Origin: Balanoglossus misakiensis | Lineage: Eukaryota; Animalia; Hemichordata | NCBI GenBank assembly: GCA_040954595.2 | Contig: CM082585.2 | Coordinates: 3,998,902 to 4,062,901, forward strand | Direction: 5' to 3' | Length of the DNA stretch: 64,000 nt | Shown: positions 27,810 to 40,018 of the stretch, piece by piece | Layout of the letters: the number at the start of each line of letters is the position of its first letter | Position numbering within the stretch: the first letter of the stretch is position 1 | Notes under the pieces: model-generated | Seen by the model: the letters and a program-made list of their open reading frames with translations, nothing else | What the model was told of the DNA's origin: nothing | Databases searched by the model: none | Position numbers and translations under genes: made by a program

Positions 27810-30329
27810 ATGACAAAACAAGTGATAATTCTGGCCTATGCGTCGGCATTATTAGCGGCAACGACAGACGCCAACTATGGAATCGATTCAGCCTGCAGTG
27901 TCGCACGCACCCTTACCAACGCGGTATCGCAGACCACTTCTTTTGTTGGGCTCAACAACGACATGCTGGATTACGACGAGCGACCCGAATACGAAGTTCT
28001 CAAACTGGGAGTGACGCACCTGGCTGCCGATTCGAAGTCACTGAAAGGTTGGGGGTTGATGGAGGACTTTTTTAACACCATGACAGGCAAGGCAGTTTCT
28101 GTATCCATGATCGCGTTGCAGGCTGTCTATATTGTTGACGCACACTGCCTCATGCATGACGTCCAGCGAAGTGTTGCGGTATCACACCACTTGTACTACC
28201 GTCTGCGCGAAATAGAGCGCAAGTGGACCATTGAGAAGAATCTGTACCAAGATCTCAGGGACAATCTTCTGTCGGGCGAATTCACCGGTTTTGACTCGGG
28301 TATGATAGACAGACTGAAGGTTATGGTGAACGATTTGCATCGATTGATGTGGGATATCTCTAGTGAAAGACGCGGTTTGATGGACATAACCGAAGAAGCT
28401 CGCACCAAGGGAACATATGGCTCGCTCATTGGAACCGGGGCGGCCATTGGCATAGGTGAAGTTCGTTCAATCGTATTAGCTCACCTTCGAGAGTCTTTGT
28501 GGAGTCTGGTCGAAACATGCCATGGGTACACTTTGCCAAATTCACACGCAGAAAAGTCCGCTCTATGAAAGAATAATGAAATGGGGGAGGGGGGGGGGTC
28601 AAATACTGGATTTCACTTTATTGTTACTGAATAAGGAAGACTACCAGAAGATGATTTTGGAGTTTTAAGTTGCACACAGAAGTCCAGCAGAGGATGGTTG
28701 AAAGGTTATATGCAGAAACTCAGCTAATTGCTTTCCTATGACTACCCCATTTTCACTTTCATTTTGTTGATCAAATTTCCGAATATTACTTTATATATCC
28801 AGTACGTGTACGTCTCATAGGCCAAATAAAATAAATGTGCTGTTCGGATTACATGGTTTTCGAAAATAGGGTTGGTACAGGTAGGGAATTTTTTTATTTT
28901 GCAATTTTTTATATCTTTGGCCTCCGTAGTGTAGAAGAATGACGTTATAGTTCTTGCGTGATTCTCGTAATTTTCATAAATTTTGAATATTTGACATGGT
29001 TATTTTTACTTCCGGTTTACGAAGCTCTAAAAAGTTTAGTGTCAGTGGGCTAAAATTAGGGTAGGTAGGGTAATCGGAACGGCACATATTTTTTTATTTG
29101 GCCTAATTAGAAAACACATTTCCTGATTGTATGCCCTAAATATATATAAGATATGATCCGTATTTACATATGCCTGTTTGGTGGCGTAATTTTCGTGTGG
29201 CCACCACGCAAAAATATGTAATTGGCAGGGTATCAACTTCCCAGGGTAACTCTGGCTAAATTTGCACAGGCGGGCGGGTGCCCTTATAATGCAGGAAGTG
29301 AAATCTTTATTGCAGGTGCGGTGTTTGGTGTAGCTACATTTGGCGCCGCGTTGCCAGTTCTTGCGACGGGCTTTTGCGGAATGGCTGTCAATCGATATTA
29401 CAAGGAAACTGCCAGACAGACATCCGAGGTACGTCGAATGAGTTAAAACCCCAGCATCTCCAACTTGTGGCTCTTTTCTCGGTATTTGTTTTGTTTGTTT
29501 TTGGGTATCAACTGGGGTTTCTTGTTCTACCATGTAAGAAGTGCTCAGTGTTTGGTTTCGTAGTCACCAGAATTGTTATTATTGAAAGTTGAATTCAAAT
29601 TCGTCAACAATAACGATGACCGTTACTTGTATGCAGAAAACTAGAAAACATATGCCAGACCACAGGCGAATTAGGTGTTCTGGGAGTGGCGATATATTAA
29701 TTTGTGGGGCGAACAAACAAACAAACAAACAAACAATCAATCAACCAAAATAAATAAATAAACAAACAAACAAACAAAATAAACAACCACCATCATGATA
29801 TATGTTTATTTTTATTCTCCCCACAAATTACTATGTCCCCACTACCAGAACGCCTAATTCGCCTGTGGCTAGAGACGTCAGGGTTATTGAGGCTTACTGA
29901 GGTTACTGAACCATTAACATTTGGATGGCATTTGCATTTCCGTTACAGTTAGCAACCGACCTTGGTGGGCTGAACGAGAGAGCATTCGAACTACTTCGGG
30001 AGGCTGAGTCTGCGAAACTCCATCTGGAGGCCCTGGAAAAACAATGGCGGGCACACCTCGAGGCCCTGGAAAGAGAACGACTGGAACGAGAAGCCCAAAG
30101 ACGTCTTGAAGCCGAAGAAAAGGAAAGAGAAGAACTCGCATTCCAAATATCTCTAGCTTGCATGTGTGTCTGTATTTTGGTAAAGCTGAAGCTTAGCAGA
30201 CGACCGGGTTTACAGTCACAATTTCTTTACATCGCATATGTTCTGTCGTGTTTCATATTCAGATACCTAGCTCCCCGTAATCTAACCTGGATGTTTAATA
30301 CGTTTGTTGGTTCGGTTTTGCTCATTTAA
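27810..30329 (+). CDS. Uncharacterised protein (~379 aa): signal peptide, helical region, Gly/Ala-rich hydrophobic hairpin, charged coiled coil, hydrophobic C-terminus; exons 27810-28455, 29316-29428, 29949-30329
   Basis: Three phase-compatible GT-AG exons (646+113+381 nt); MTKQVIILAYASALLAATTDA leader; GSLIGTGAAIGI-GAVFGVATFGAALPVLATGFCGMAV across the first junction. Confidence 0.7.
28820..29103. mobile_element. GGCCAAA-terminated MITE (related copy at 54463-54663)
   Basis: TIRs GGCCAAATAAAATAAATGTGCTGTTCGGATTAC / GTAATCGGAACGGCACATATTTTTTTATTTGGCC; shared internal TCTTCTACACTACGG motif. Confidence 0.7.
29660..29868. mobile_element. Small TIR element with an internal (AAAC)n tract
   Basis: CCACAGGCGAATTAGGTGTTCTGG ... 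CCAGAACGCCTAATTCGCCTGTGG. Confidence 0.65.
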
Positions 30330-31862
30330 ATTATATTGTTTTAGGGATGGGGAGTTGTTTTGTCATATTTAAACATGCTAGATGAAATTGGCTCTACAAT
30401 ATGTTGCAGCTTCTCGATGGCCATTCAATATCCGACATCAACCCCCTCCCTTGTTGACTTAAAAGGGCTGACGATCGTCATATGCGCATGTGCGTAATTT
30501 GGTGTGTACAAACATGACGTCAAAATCCAGTAGTAGACTTTAGTTTTGTCTCTTCTACTAACCCAATTACGCAAAAAATCAAATTGTCACTTTATGCAAG
30601 CTTATCAAATAATAACAGAAGAAAGGTTAAGACACTCTTTAGGAAAAATCTTCTGCACAGGCTTGTTTGTTTTATGGACAGTAACATTGTTAGATTATTC
30701 CAGTCTGGATAACAATTATTAATCTGGTTTGAATCACTTGATTATCTTGTGAATATAATCATTGTAAACCATGCCCCTTTTACAGAAACAGTTTGTGTGT
30801 TGCCAGAAAAGGCCGTGGTTTATTTCGCATGTGTATAATTATTAATCGGCCAGTCCTGCAGCGCTGGCGAAACGGAGCCAATCACAGAGAGCGTCTCATA
30901 AATGTGTTCACAAATAAATTGTCAACCCTCACTTTGCCCAGCCGAGTATAATGTGATATTCATTTGATTTTCTGCTGCTCCGTTTTGACCTAGGTGTCAA
31001 TCATGGTCATGGAGTGACCGGTTGTGAATGCGACTGCTCGTGTCAGCTTTTTATCCCGATACATCAGTGGATTGAAGATCATGACAGGTTGGGTGCATGT
31101 ACTGCAGCAGATAACTTACTACACTGCCCACATAATCACGAGTCTACATGGCCACGGAAAAGATAATTTCCATACATGTAGGCCTATAAAAACTGCTCTA
31201 CACGTGTTCATGTCTCTTCACATCATCTACCGACGTTCAGGATAAATGTACCGGGGACGGTAAAAGGTCACCACAGGCCAGGAAAGAACCTAGAACCTCC
31301 ATAAGAAGAAAATCTAATATCAGCATATAGAGCATATGGGTTTGCAGAATAATGGACACGTGAGGTCAAATTGAGCCTTAAAAATCGTCCTTGAGGACAG
31401 AAAACACCAGGGGTCAAAGTCCACATATAGGCGACCCCATGGCAGTGGTCTACGCTACCCATACTCGCTCTGATAAATTTGTGATCCAACCAGCTCTTAA
31501 ACAAAGTGGACCTGCACGTACATGAACTTTCAACCTTTCGACACAGCAATTCTGGCCAGTACAAAGATCTGCTGTTTGGGGTGTCACGCAGTCCAGTAAC
31601 AAATCTAGTCCTTAGTGGCCTTTACATAAACGAATCAGAAACATGGCTCAACAACTGCCACATGATTTCAAACCCCCTCCGGATCATTTTTACAAAGGGG
31701 TTCGTATGATAGCAATTATCCCAGCTGTCGCGTTGGACGCGGTTAAGGAAATGGAAGTTCGCGACGACGACATTTGGGTGATAACATACCCCAAATCAGG
31801 TTGGTTCTTGTGATGAATAAATTAAGATGCCAAATTGATGCATAAATACTTGGGTAGACAGA

Positions 31863-31917
31863 GTATGTATGTATGTATGTATGTATGTATGTATGTATGT
31901 ATGTATGTATGTGTGTA

Positions 31918-32001
<84 letters not shown>

Positions 32002-32013
32002 TGTGTGTGTGTG
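31863..32013 (+). repeat. Compound microsatellite (GTAT)n(GT)n(GCGT)n
   Basis: Read directly from the sequence. Confidence 0.95.
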
Positions 32014-33350
32014 CCGAATGTAAGTGTTCTAGATTCTGCTGATGAATGGAGTATGATTGATAGTCGTTAAATGGTGATAATCACTACTGACAGGAACAAT
32101 GTGGAGCCAGGAAATCACATCAGTCATCATGGAAGGAGGCGACTTGGATCAAGTTAGAAGTAAAGAAAACCATGAAAGGGTTCCATTTGTGGAATTTTGT
32201 CCCCTAGGTTCGAGTCCTGAACCATACAAGTACGTCGATGCAATGTCACGTGAAAAGCCACGAACTCTTCGTACCCACGTTCTATATGATTGGCTGCCCA
32301 ACCAATGGCACACTAAGAAACCAAAGGTAGGACCGGGAATCAAACATGGCTCCCTTCATGTATATGAGAGGATATCTCTATCCCAAATTATTAATTTCGA
32401 TTTCATAATTTTTATTTCAGGTATATCGCAAATATATATGTATGGTACGACGTTGTAATAACAATGCATATGTAATTCACGACAAGATATGTCGAGGCAA
32501 TATCTCAATATTTCGTATGGAAAGACAGTATCCGCTCAAAACTGTAAAATCTGTCTGCAATGTTTCGTTCCAGACCTTGTACGTGGCTCGGAATCCCAAG
32601 GACACCGCCGTCTCAAAATGGCATTTTGATCAGATTTTCTGTCACATACATACAGAAGATACATTTGCCGAGTTTTTTCAAACGTTTTGCGAAGGCAGCG
32701 GTAATAATATACATATGACCATTTTGACACCTTCACACATCACATAGAGATGGTTATTTATGCATTACCTATGATGTGAAAACCTGTCTCCTCAAGATAT
32801 TAAAATCCTTTAAAGCTAGGGACAAAGTCTCTCTCTCGCTGCCCTTCTTTCATTATGTTTGATATAAAAATCATCATTGTCAAATATATTAATTCATTTC
32901 ACGAGACTTTTATTCCTATAGACATCAGAATCTACATGGACCATGAAAGCCACATACAGACTGACAAGTTATACAAACCTTCACCCAGTCACTGTAAACA
33001 TTACCTTGAAATTACTCCCGACGCGAGAAGCTTATCACGCATATGTTTTTTGCCCTAACTATTGGCAACTAATGAGGATAGAGGTCAGAATTTAGTAAAT
33101 TCCACAAAATGAAAATAATTGTGGCCCTTTGGGGGGACCCTCTAAGGGCATAATTGGCATTGCGGGGGGCCTAGGGAGTCCACAGCTAGTATTCGGAGTG
33201 GAACGGTCAAGTCTCACATCGTCTTCATCATTCAGTGCAATTTTCGTAATTTGCACATCGGCGTTCACGGTAACTTGGTCATAAATAGTTACCATTATTC
33301 GAACGGTCATTCGTAATTCATCCACGATCGTGTAATCCATGTTTTCTGTC

Positions 33351-33440
33351 ATGGCATCCAAAGGCCGAGGAAAGAGCGGACGTAAGGCAAGCGGCAAGCA
33401 GCCAGACGCCATAGAAATCCCTTCAGAGGGTGAAAGTTTA
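33351..33440 (+). CDS. Ngaro gag N-terminal segment (interrupted)
   Basis: MASKGRGKSGRKASGKQPDAIEIPSEGESL joins in frame to VGSLLQEF at 40511 once the insertion and one TTA are removed. Confidence 0.85.
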
Positions 33441-34271
33441 GGGAGCCGTCATTATTTATGGCCTGGGGGGGGGGGGGTCGGAGGAATCAAGGGGGGGGGG
33501 GGGTTACTCAAAAATTGGAAGGCTGCAGGGGGGGGTTTCTCAAAAATTGTAGATGAAGAGGGGGGGGGGGTCACTCATTTTTGGGAAATGTATCAAAGTT
33601 TTACAACTGAAAGATTTAGTTGTGTGCTGTGCAAGTGCTGCAGCGCTCCGCGACCTCCGGTCGCGGAACACCAGAGTGTCCACACTGCACTATCAAAGTA
33701 TTTTTCCCAAAATTTGCTGATAAAGGATTGGCATGCTTGCCTGATCATGCATAAAAAACATTTACTCCTTATTATTTTTTAAGAAATAAATATTATTATT
33801 ATTTATTAAAATACTGAAAAATGCATACTACATGTATATTCAAGCAAATGTAAGTTTTTGTTTTCTTTGTCTTTTTTTCTCTGACCTCTTTGTCACACGT
33901 TTGGTAATCTCTTGAGTCTATGGATAAACACAATATTGCAGAAATAATGTTTTGATAACATAAATAAAATAAAAAATCTCAAAAAATGCATTCTAGCACA
34001 TAAATGATTCTTTGATATAGAATGTTTCATAAAGGTTAAATATAAAACATATAAATACTTTAACAGAATAAACGTTGACTATAAAACATGAAAAAGGTTA
34101 AATATAAAACATATAAATACTTTAACAGAATAAATGTTAACTAAACATTAAACAAGGTAAACACTGGTGTAAATTTGGTGAACACAGAAACTGAATGATA
34201 AGTTGTCATGTATGATGACTTAGCTTTGTCCACACTTGAGTGGTTCAAATCTGGACCAAATATGTTTCATC

Positions 34272-35474
34272 TCAATTGTCACTAGACACTTCAGAGTCAG
34301 AGTGACTAAGATTCTCCAGGAATGCACTAATTCTGCTCGCAGGATTTTCAGCAAAACAGTGATGCTTCACTAAGAATTCCAGTGGCTCTCCGTGGTAACG
34401 GTAGGTCATTTTGCTAAGCTGTTCATCATCAAGCTGATCAACTGATGTCCAAGATGTTTCTGTTTTAGGGTTGTTTATGTGATTCATGAATGCAGATACA
34501 GTGCTTTCATCCGTCAGTTTATTTAATGTGTTTTCAACTCTCTGCATCAGTCGAGCTCTTTTCCTTGATTTTGCCTTTCTTCGGTTTTCCTTCTTTGCTC
34601 TTTTATTACTGGAGTTTCTCTCTACTAGTGGGAAATTCCTCTTCAGTTGTTGAAGCGTGTGACCAATATCATCTGAGTGTGTGTTGAGAGTCTTTCTGAG
34701 GGCATCCATCAAGTCTATGTATGACTCAATGAAAGAGTGTTCATCTTGTGCGTATGGTTTAAGAAGCATCTCCGTATTGTACAGACCTTTCCGGCTTGTT
34801 TCCAGTTCCTGCATGTCATTATCAATAGAAGCAATGACTTTATTGATTCTCTCCAAGCAGTCAGCACATTTTTCTGTATCATTTGCTGTGTAGTGACGAT
34901 CTGCGTTTCTGTATTTCATCACTAGTTGACACATGCCGGACTTCTCATTTTCCGTTAAATTTCTGACAGTCTGGCTATGTTTATCAGCACTGCATTTGAC
35001 TCGCCATCTCCACTTTTGTTGTTCTAGAAGATAGTCACGAAACTGGCCCTGTTTATGAGGTGCAGCTGATTTGTATATTCCGGGAACAATGCTGTTATAA
35101 TATTTCAGCTTCTCGGAATGGTCATTTGGGATAATATATTTTGACCATGGGTGTTCCAGTTTACTTTTTTTATCAAGTTTTTTGAACTTCCCACCTTCAA
35201 ACACAAGGGTTGCTTGTCGCTTAACACCACTACCAGATGCTACTGCAGGAGAAGTCTTGTTGTTACCATCACTTGATTTGGCTCCTTTGATGGCACACAT
35301 GAGTTTTCTTGCGTGGCCTGGCAGTGGAATCTGCACTGATTTCATCAGATAGTCCTCATTCTCTATAGACAAGATAGTCTCAAGGTCATCATACCCCTTT
35401 TCAATAAAAAGGTGCAAATACCGACCCATTCCAGCTGTCTCCAAGAAGTTTTTAACATCTTCCACCCTGTTTCT
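34272..35474 (-). CDS. Transposon-borne protein: N-terminal SAM domain, helical/coiled-coil middle, basic NLS-like patch; probably exon 2
   Basis: ~400-codon open frame; EDVKNFLETAGMGRYLHLFIEKGYDDLETILSI...L..VQIPLPGHARKLMCAI is a SAM pattern; TTCCAG acceptor ending at 35475; KRAKKENRRKAKSRKRAR. Confidence 0.85.
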   Translation of the reverse strand, partial: RNRVEDVKNFLETAGMGRYLHLFIEKGYDDLETILSIENEDYLMKSVQIPLPGHARKLMCAIKGAKSSDGNNKTSPAVASGSGVKRQATLVFEGGKFKKLDKKSKLEHPWSKYIIPNDHSEKLKYYNSIVPGIYKSAAPHKQGQFRDYLLEQQKWRWRVKCSADKHSQTVRNLTENEKSGMCQLVMKYRNADRHYTANDTEKCADCLERINKVIASIDNDMQELETSRKGLYNTEMLLKPYAQDEHSFIESYIDLMDALRKTLNTHSDDIGHTLQQLKRNFPLVERNSSNKRAKKENRRKAKSRKRARLMQRVENTLNKLTDESTVSAFMNHINNPKTETSWTSVDQLDDEQLSKMTYRYHGEPLEFLVKHHCFAENPASRISAFLENLSHSDSEVSSDN

Positions 35475-35766
35475 CTGGAAATCTCAGAAGTACAAACAGT
35501 GTACAGTAAACATTGAACAGTACAGCTGCCAGCCTGCACACACAGCTGATGTATACTGGGGTCAAAGTTGAAAAGAATGATGGGAGTCAGTGTAAACAGA
35601 ATCACATGTTCATTTAAACTTGTGACATTTGTCTGCATCCCAAAATGTAAATCGAAGGATAAATTTCAATTTTGCTGACACAAGTTATCGAAAACACCCG
35701 CCTTTGTTTCAGCAAGAGTGACCCATTCACTGAGTGTTGACCTGTGACCTCTATATTCACTCAAAA

Positions 35767-38700
35767 ATGGCGACCTCCATACCACACAGTGTGACTGGCG
35801 AGGCTGCTGATGAAAGCAATGACTTGCAGAAACTGAACGATGTCACCAATGAACCACAGACCAGAGGCCACAACCAAGCTAGATCTGAACATCGACAGGA
35901 AAGAAACCGCTTTGGTTTCAGTGTAAGTGCCTTCTTTGTTGTATTTGTAAATGTAAGACTGAAGCATGCATCATGAAGGGCAGAAACACGTGCCGTACAT
36001 ACGTCACTATCAGTATCATTCAAGAGCGGGCACGCGAAGTCGGCCACTTGGAGAACTCAATCGTAGTAGGAGACTCTAAATTTTGCTGCATTTCGTGTAC
36101 GCTTCATATTTTAGCATAAGTCTGAATTTAACTATGCCTGAATAGTGTATAATATTTCTATATACAGAGCCAGCTACATGTACATGTATCATTAAATGTA
36201 TCACCAAATCAAATACCGGTATCTTGCTGAATTACTGGCTGTTTTGCTAGTCATTTCGCCAAATAGTTGGGTGATACATGTAACTTCATGCGGTCACTGT
36301 AAAGGTGCATGAAGACAATTATTGGATTTGCTTGCAACTCTCAAGAATGTTTTACATGTAAATACTATAGGTCATAGTCTCCTAATTAATTTTGTTCAGT
36401 ACTTCCATAAATTCAACATGCTGAGTTACTCAACAAATACATGCAATGTGTGATTTTTCTTTTGGGGTTTAGATATTTACTGAAATATGTAACTTTGCCA
36501 AATAATTGACCCAAATTAAAAGACACATTTACAATACTTGATCTTTTCAGCATTACAGATTATTTACTGTATTTTTCTTGTGTCTGTTATTCCAGGTTCA
36601 ACGATCATGTCAGACATGTCCACTACATATCAATAGAGCAATATTAGAAGAGGCCATTTCTAAAACCAATGTAGAGAGTAAGATTGAACACTTCCGAGGC
36701 TTATTAGCAGTTCTTGACCAACTGACATCACCAACAAGGCATCCGTCTTGCCAGCTGTACACACAAGGTTTCCTTGACTTTGAAGAAGGTTTAGAATTTT
36801 ACTTGGGATACCAGTCTTCATTCACACCAGGGTATGGAATTGCATACAGACAAAAATTCAGAGATGGTCTCCTTAATCCAAGTCATGGACTGAGAGTGAA
36901 CATTGTAAGAAAAAGTGATAATTCACAGTACATTGTTCTACGACCTCAAGATGTTGATCTAGAATTGTTCTATGAAAACCTTCTTTTAACATCAAAACCA
37001 TTGGATGATCGTGTACACTTGACCTCTGATATTGTTAAAAGTATCATGAAGTCAATGGACACTGAATGGGACAAAACTTGTTTTCGTGTGCTTCTTGGTG
37101 CAACCAGATCTCGTAGTGAGCTACAGAGCTTGGGTGTTGACAGTGACAATATACGGCATGAAACAGATAAAGTGTTGGCTGTCATAACAGAGGTGGAAAA
37201 TTCTCAAGTAGCCGCCTTTGATATGACCAATTTAAGATTGAACAGCCAGATCAAAGACTTGCAAGAAAAACTTGACAGATTAAAGAGCTTACATGACAAA
37301 AAGAAAAGTTCATGGAGCCAAGTACAACTAGACCAAATACAGAATAGGATAGAAGACACTGGACAAATGATCAAGTCCAAGGCAGCTTTATTCAGTCCGT
37401 CATCAGCAGAAGAAAAACAGAGAAAACATCAAATGGTCAAAAGAAAAGCTGATGCTCTACTTGAGGATAATCGACTGAAACGTAGGAAACTAACAACACA
37501 GGGCCCAAATTTCAGACTGGATTCAGAAGATGAAGAATTCATCGGAAGGTGTATTGAGGATAAAGCTACATATCATGGGCGTAGACATGATACTGTAATG
37601 TACACTAATCGCCGTGTAAAGAAGCGTGACTTGATCAACATTGCCAATTACAAGTTAAAGCAAAGGAACAAACGATTAATTAAATCAGCATCTACTGTAT
37701 ACAACTTAGCTGTTCCAAAAAATAAGAGATCTCTTCAAGCAAAGAAACACCATGGCAAGGGCCTGTTTTGTTGGAAGAAGCCGCCAAAGGCAGAGGATGT
37801 TGATAATGAAAACACCCATTATCAAAGAGCCCACATCAATCACATCAAGAGAACATTTTTCAGTAAACAAACTGAAGATACAAGACACTTCTGCTTTATG
37901 CGTAGTACTGATGACAAAGCATATATCAGACCAGGTACTTCTGAAGGCCTAGAGAAGACAAGAAATGTCAGGATTCTCACATTAGCTGATGTTGAGAAGG
38001 CAAGACAGCTTCCCAAATATGACTGGCCTGAGAAAGCTGTGTACCAAACTCCTGCATCTCATCGAATATTTACAAAAGAAGGTGAAACTGTGTCAGTGGA
38101 GAATGGCACCAGTGAAACTCTTGTGACAGATGAAGACCATCATTTTGTCTTTGTGAGGCCAAAAGCAATCATAGGTTCAACTGGATCTGTTTGGGCAAGT
38201 GAAACTGTTCGTCTGAGATCAGCAGAGCCAGATGTCTTTGAAGTGAACTTGCCTGATACCCAGAATTACTCAAAAACTTTCAGAGAGATTTGCTCACAGA
38301 CTCACAGTGCAGCATTCAGATTTTACGATATGTCAGAACCTACAGACATTGCAAAAGTTGAAGGAAAAGAAGAATGCCCTCACAGAAAATATGAATTGAA
38401 GAGAACTCATAATTTGAGAAACATGGTTGGCAGAGTTCAAAAGGCCATTGAAGAATTTCAAGAAGAGGGAAATGATGCAGAGAAACTGATCATCAATAAT
38501 AGGATTTTACCACCTGTACAGCAAGTTCAATATAGCTGCAGTAAATACATAACACTGCTTGAGAACAAAGGCTTTGACATGACAGACCAAAGAAAAGCAG
38601 CTGAAGTTGTTAAAGATGACTGCTGCACCATTATTGCTGTGCTAAGCGAACTCAATCTCCCACCAGTGAAGCCTAGGTGGGCAGATTTGACAGATGCTGG

Positions 38701-40018
38701 TCCAGGTGTTGGTGTTAATAACACTGAGGTTCAATTTCGTGATGCAGAGTTGGCACGAATGTACAATTCTGACTATCGTATTCGATGTCACAGATCCCGT
38801 GGAGACAGCGGTCAGGGGGAAGCAGAACGAACAAATTCTGCAATCGGCGATGCCATGGTCGATGGTTCAACCATTGAATGGGAGCATGTGAAGAAATTCA
38901 GTGACCTTACTCAAGATGAAATAGCTGATATGACAGTGAGAGACTATGAATGTTATGAGGAAAAGAGAATGGCCAAAAATGCATGGCATGTTGCCAATAT
39001 CATCACTGAAAGAATTCAAGATGCCCCTGTTTTAAGTGACTATATAAAGTCCTTTGTCAGTCAGCCACCAGAGGAACTTTTCTGCAATGACAACAAAGAA
39101 GAAGTACATCAATATAAGAAGGTCAAAGGAGTAGCCAGAAGTAAAATACCTGGATCAGCATACATCGAGAAAATCTTCACATTTATTGAACAACACTACC
39201 ATGTTGGCGAGTTATACATGGAGTACTTGAAGAAGAGCTGCTTTGCGAAAACCGGATATGAATGCACATTCTGTCAGAATCATGATTGGGTTGGACCCCC
39301 TATGACACGTATACCACAGCCAATACCAGATCCTGCCAGACCAATGCACTACAAAGATGTGTTCATCACCAGCAATGAAAATGATGATGGAAATCCAAGA
39401 CAAGTAGATGACTTTCAACCAAGATCTGTAATCACCAAAAAGTTCAACAGCGGTGAAATTAGTAGTGGTGACAGCAGTGTAATTCTGGAGTTCTCTAAAC
39501 ACCTGGCTGTACAAGAGAAGTACATTAAATCATACATAATACATTTGGAAGAACTAAAACAGACGTCAAAGATCAGACAATCTGACAGAAATAAGAAGAA
39601 AACGGAAAAAGAAATGCGGACGTACGAAATGTATGATTGGCTGCAATTAACAATAGATGGAGATCTACGCAAACTCAAAGTAAACGAACTGGACAAATAC
39701 ATAGAACATCACCACCTGAGCAAGAGAGGAAAGAAAGAAGACAAAATAAGAGCAATAATGGCAGATTGCCTTCGGAAGTCACACGTGGATTCTTCAAAAC
39801 TGCAGCTGCAGGCAGGTATTCTTTCCAGTAATGATGAAACAGACAGTGATGATGAAAATGATATTGTTTTGAATGAAATGAACAGCACCAGTGAAAGTGA
39901 AAGTGAAGATGACAGTGGTGACGATATAGTACCTGTACAGTCATTTCCAACAGTTGTTACAAGAGGGGGAAGGACAGCCGGATCATGGCGGAATGCTCCC
40001 AGCAGATACCTATATTAG
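35767..40018 (+). CDS. Zator/TP36-like DDE transposase, ~1192 aa spliced (exons 35767-35922 and 36596-40018), C-terminal SAP-like motif
   Basis: Motifs SASTVYN..PKNKRS.QAKKH, STDDKAYIRPG (D ~37910), LTDAGPG (D ~38693), SGQGEAERTNS (E ~38825); LRKLKVNELDKYIEHHHLSKRGKKEDKIRAI; phase-0 GTAAGT donor at 35923 matches the phase-0 CAG acceptor at 36595. Confidence 0.82.

Noticed and set aside
34032-34144. ~62 bp tandem duplication downstream of the SAM ORF
   Set aside because: Two AT-rich copies in a probable 3' UTR; an ordinary slippage product
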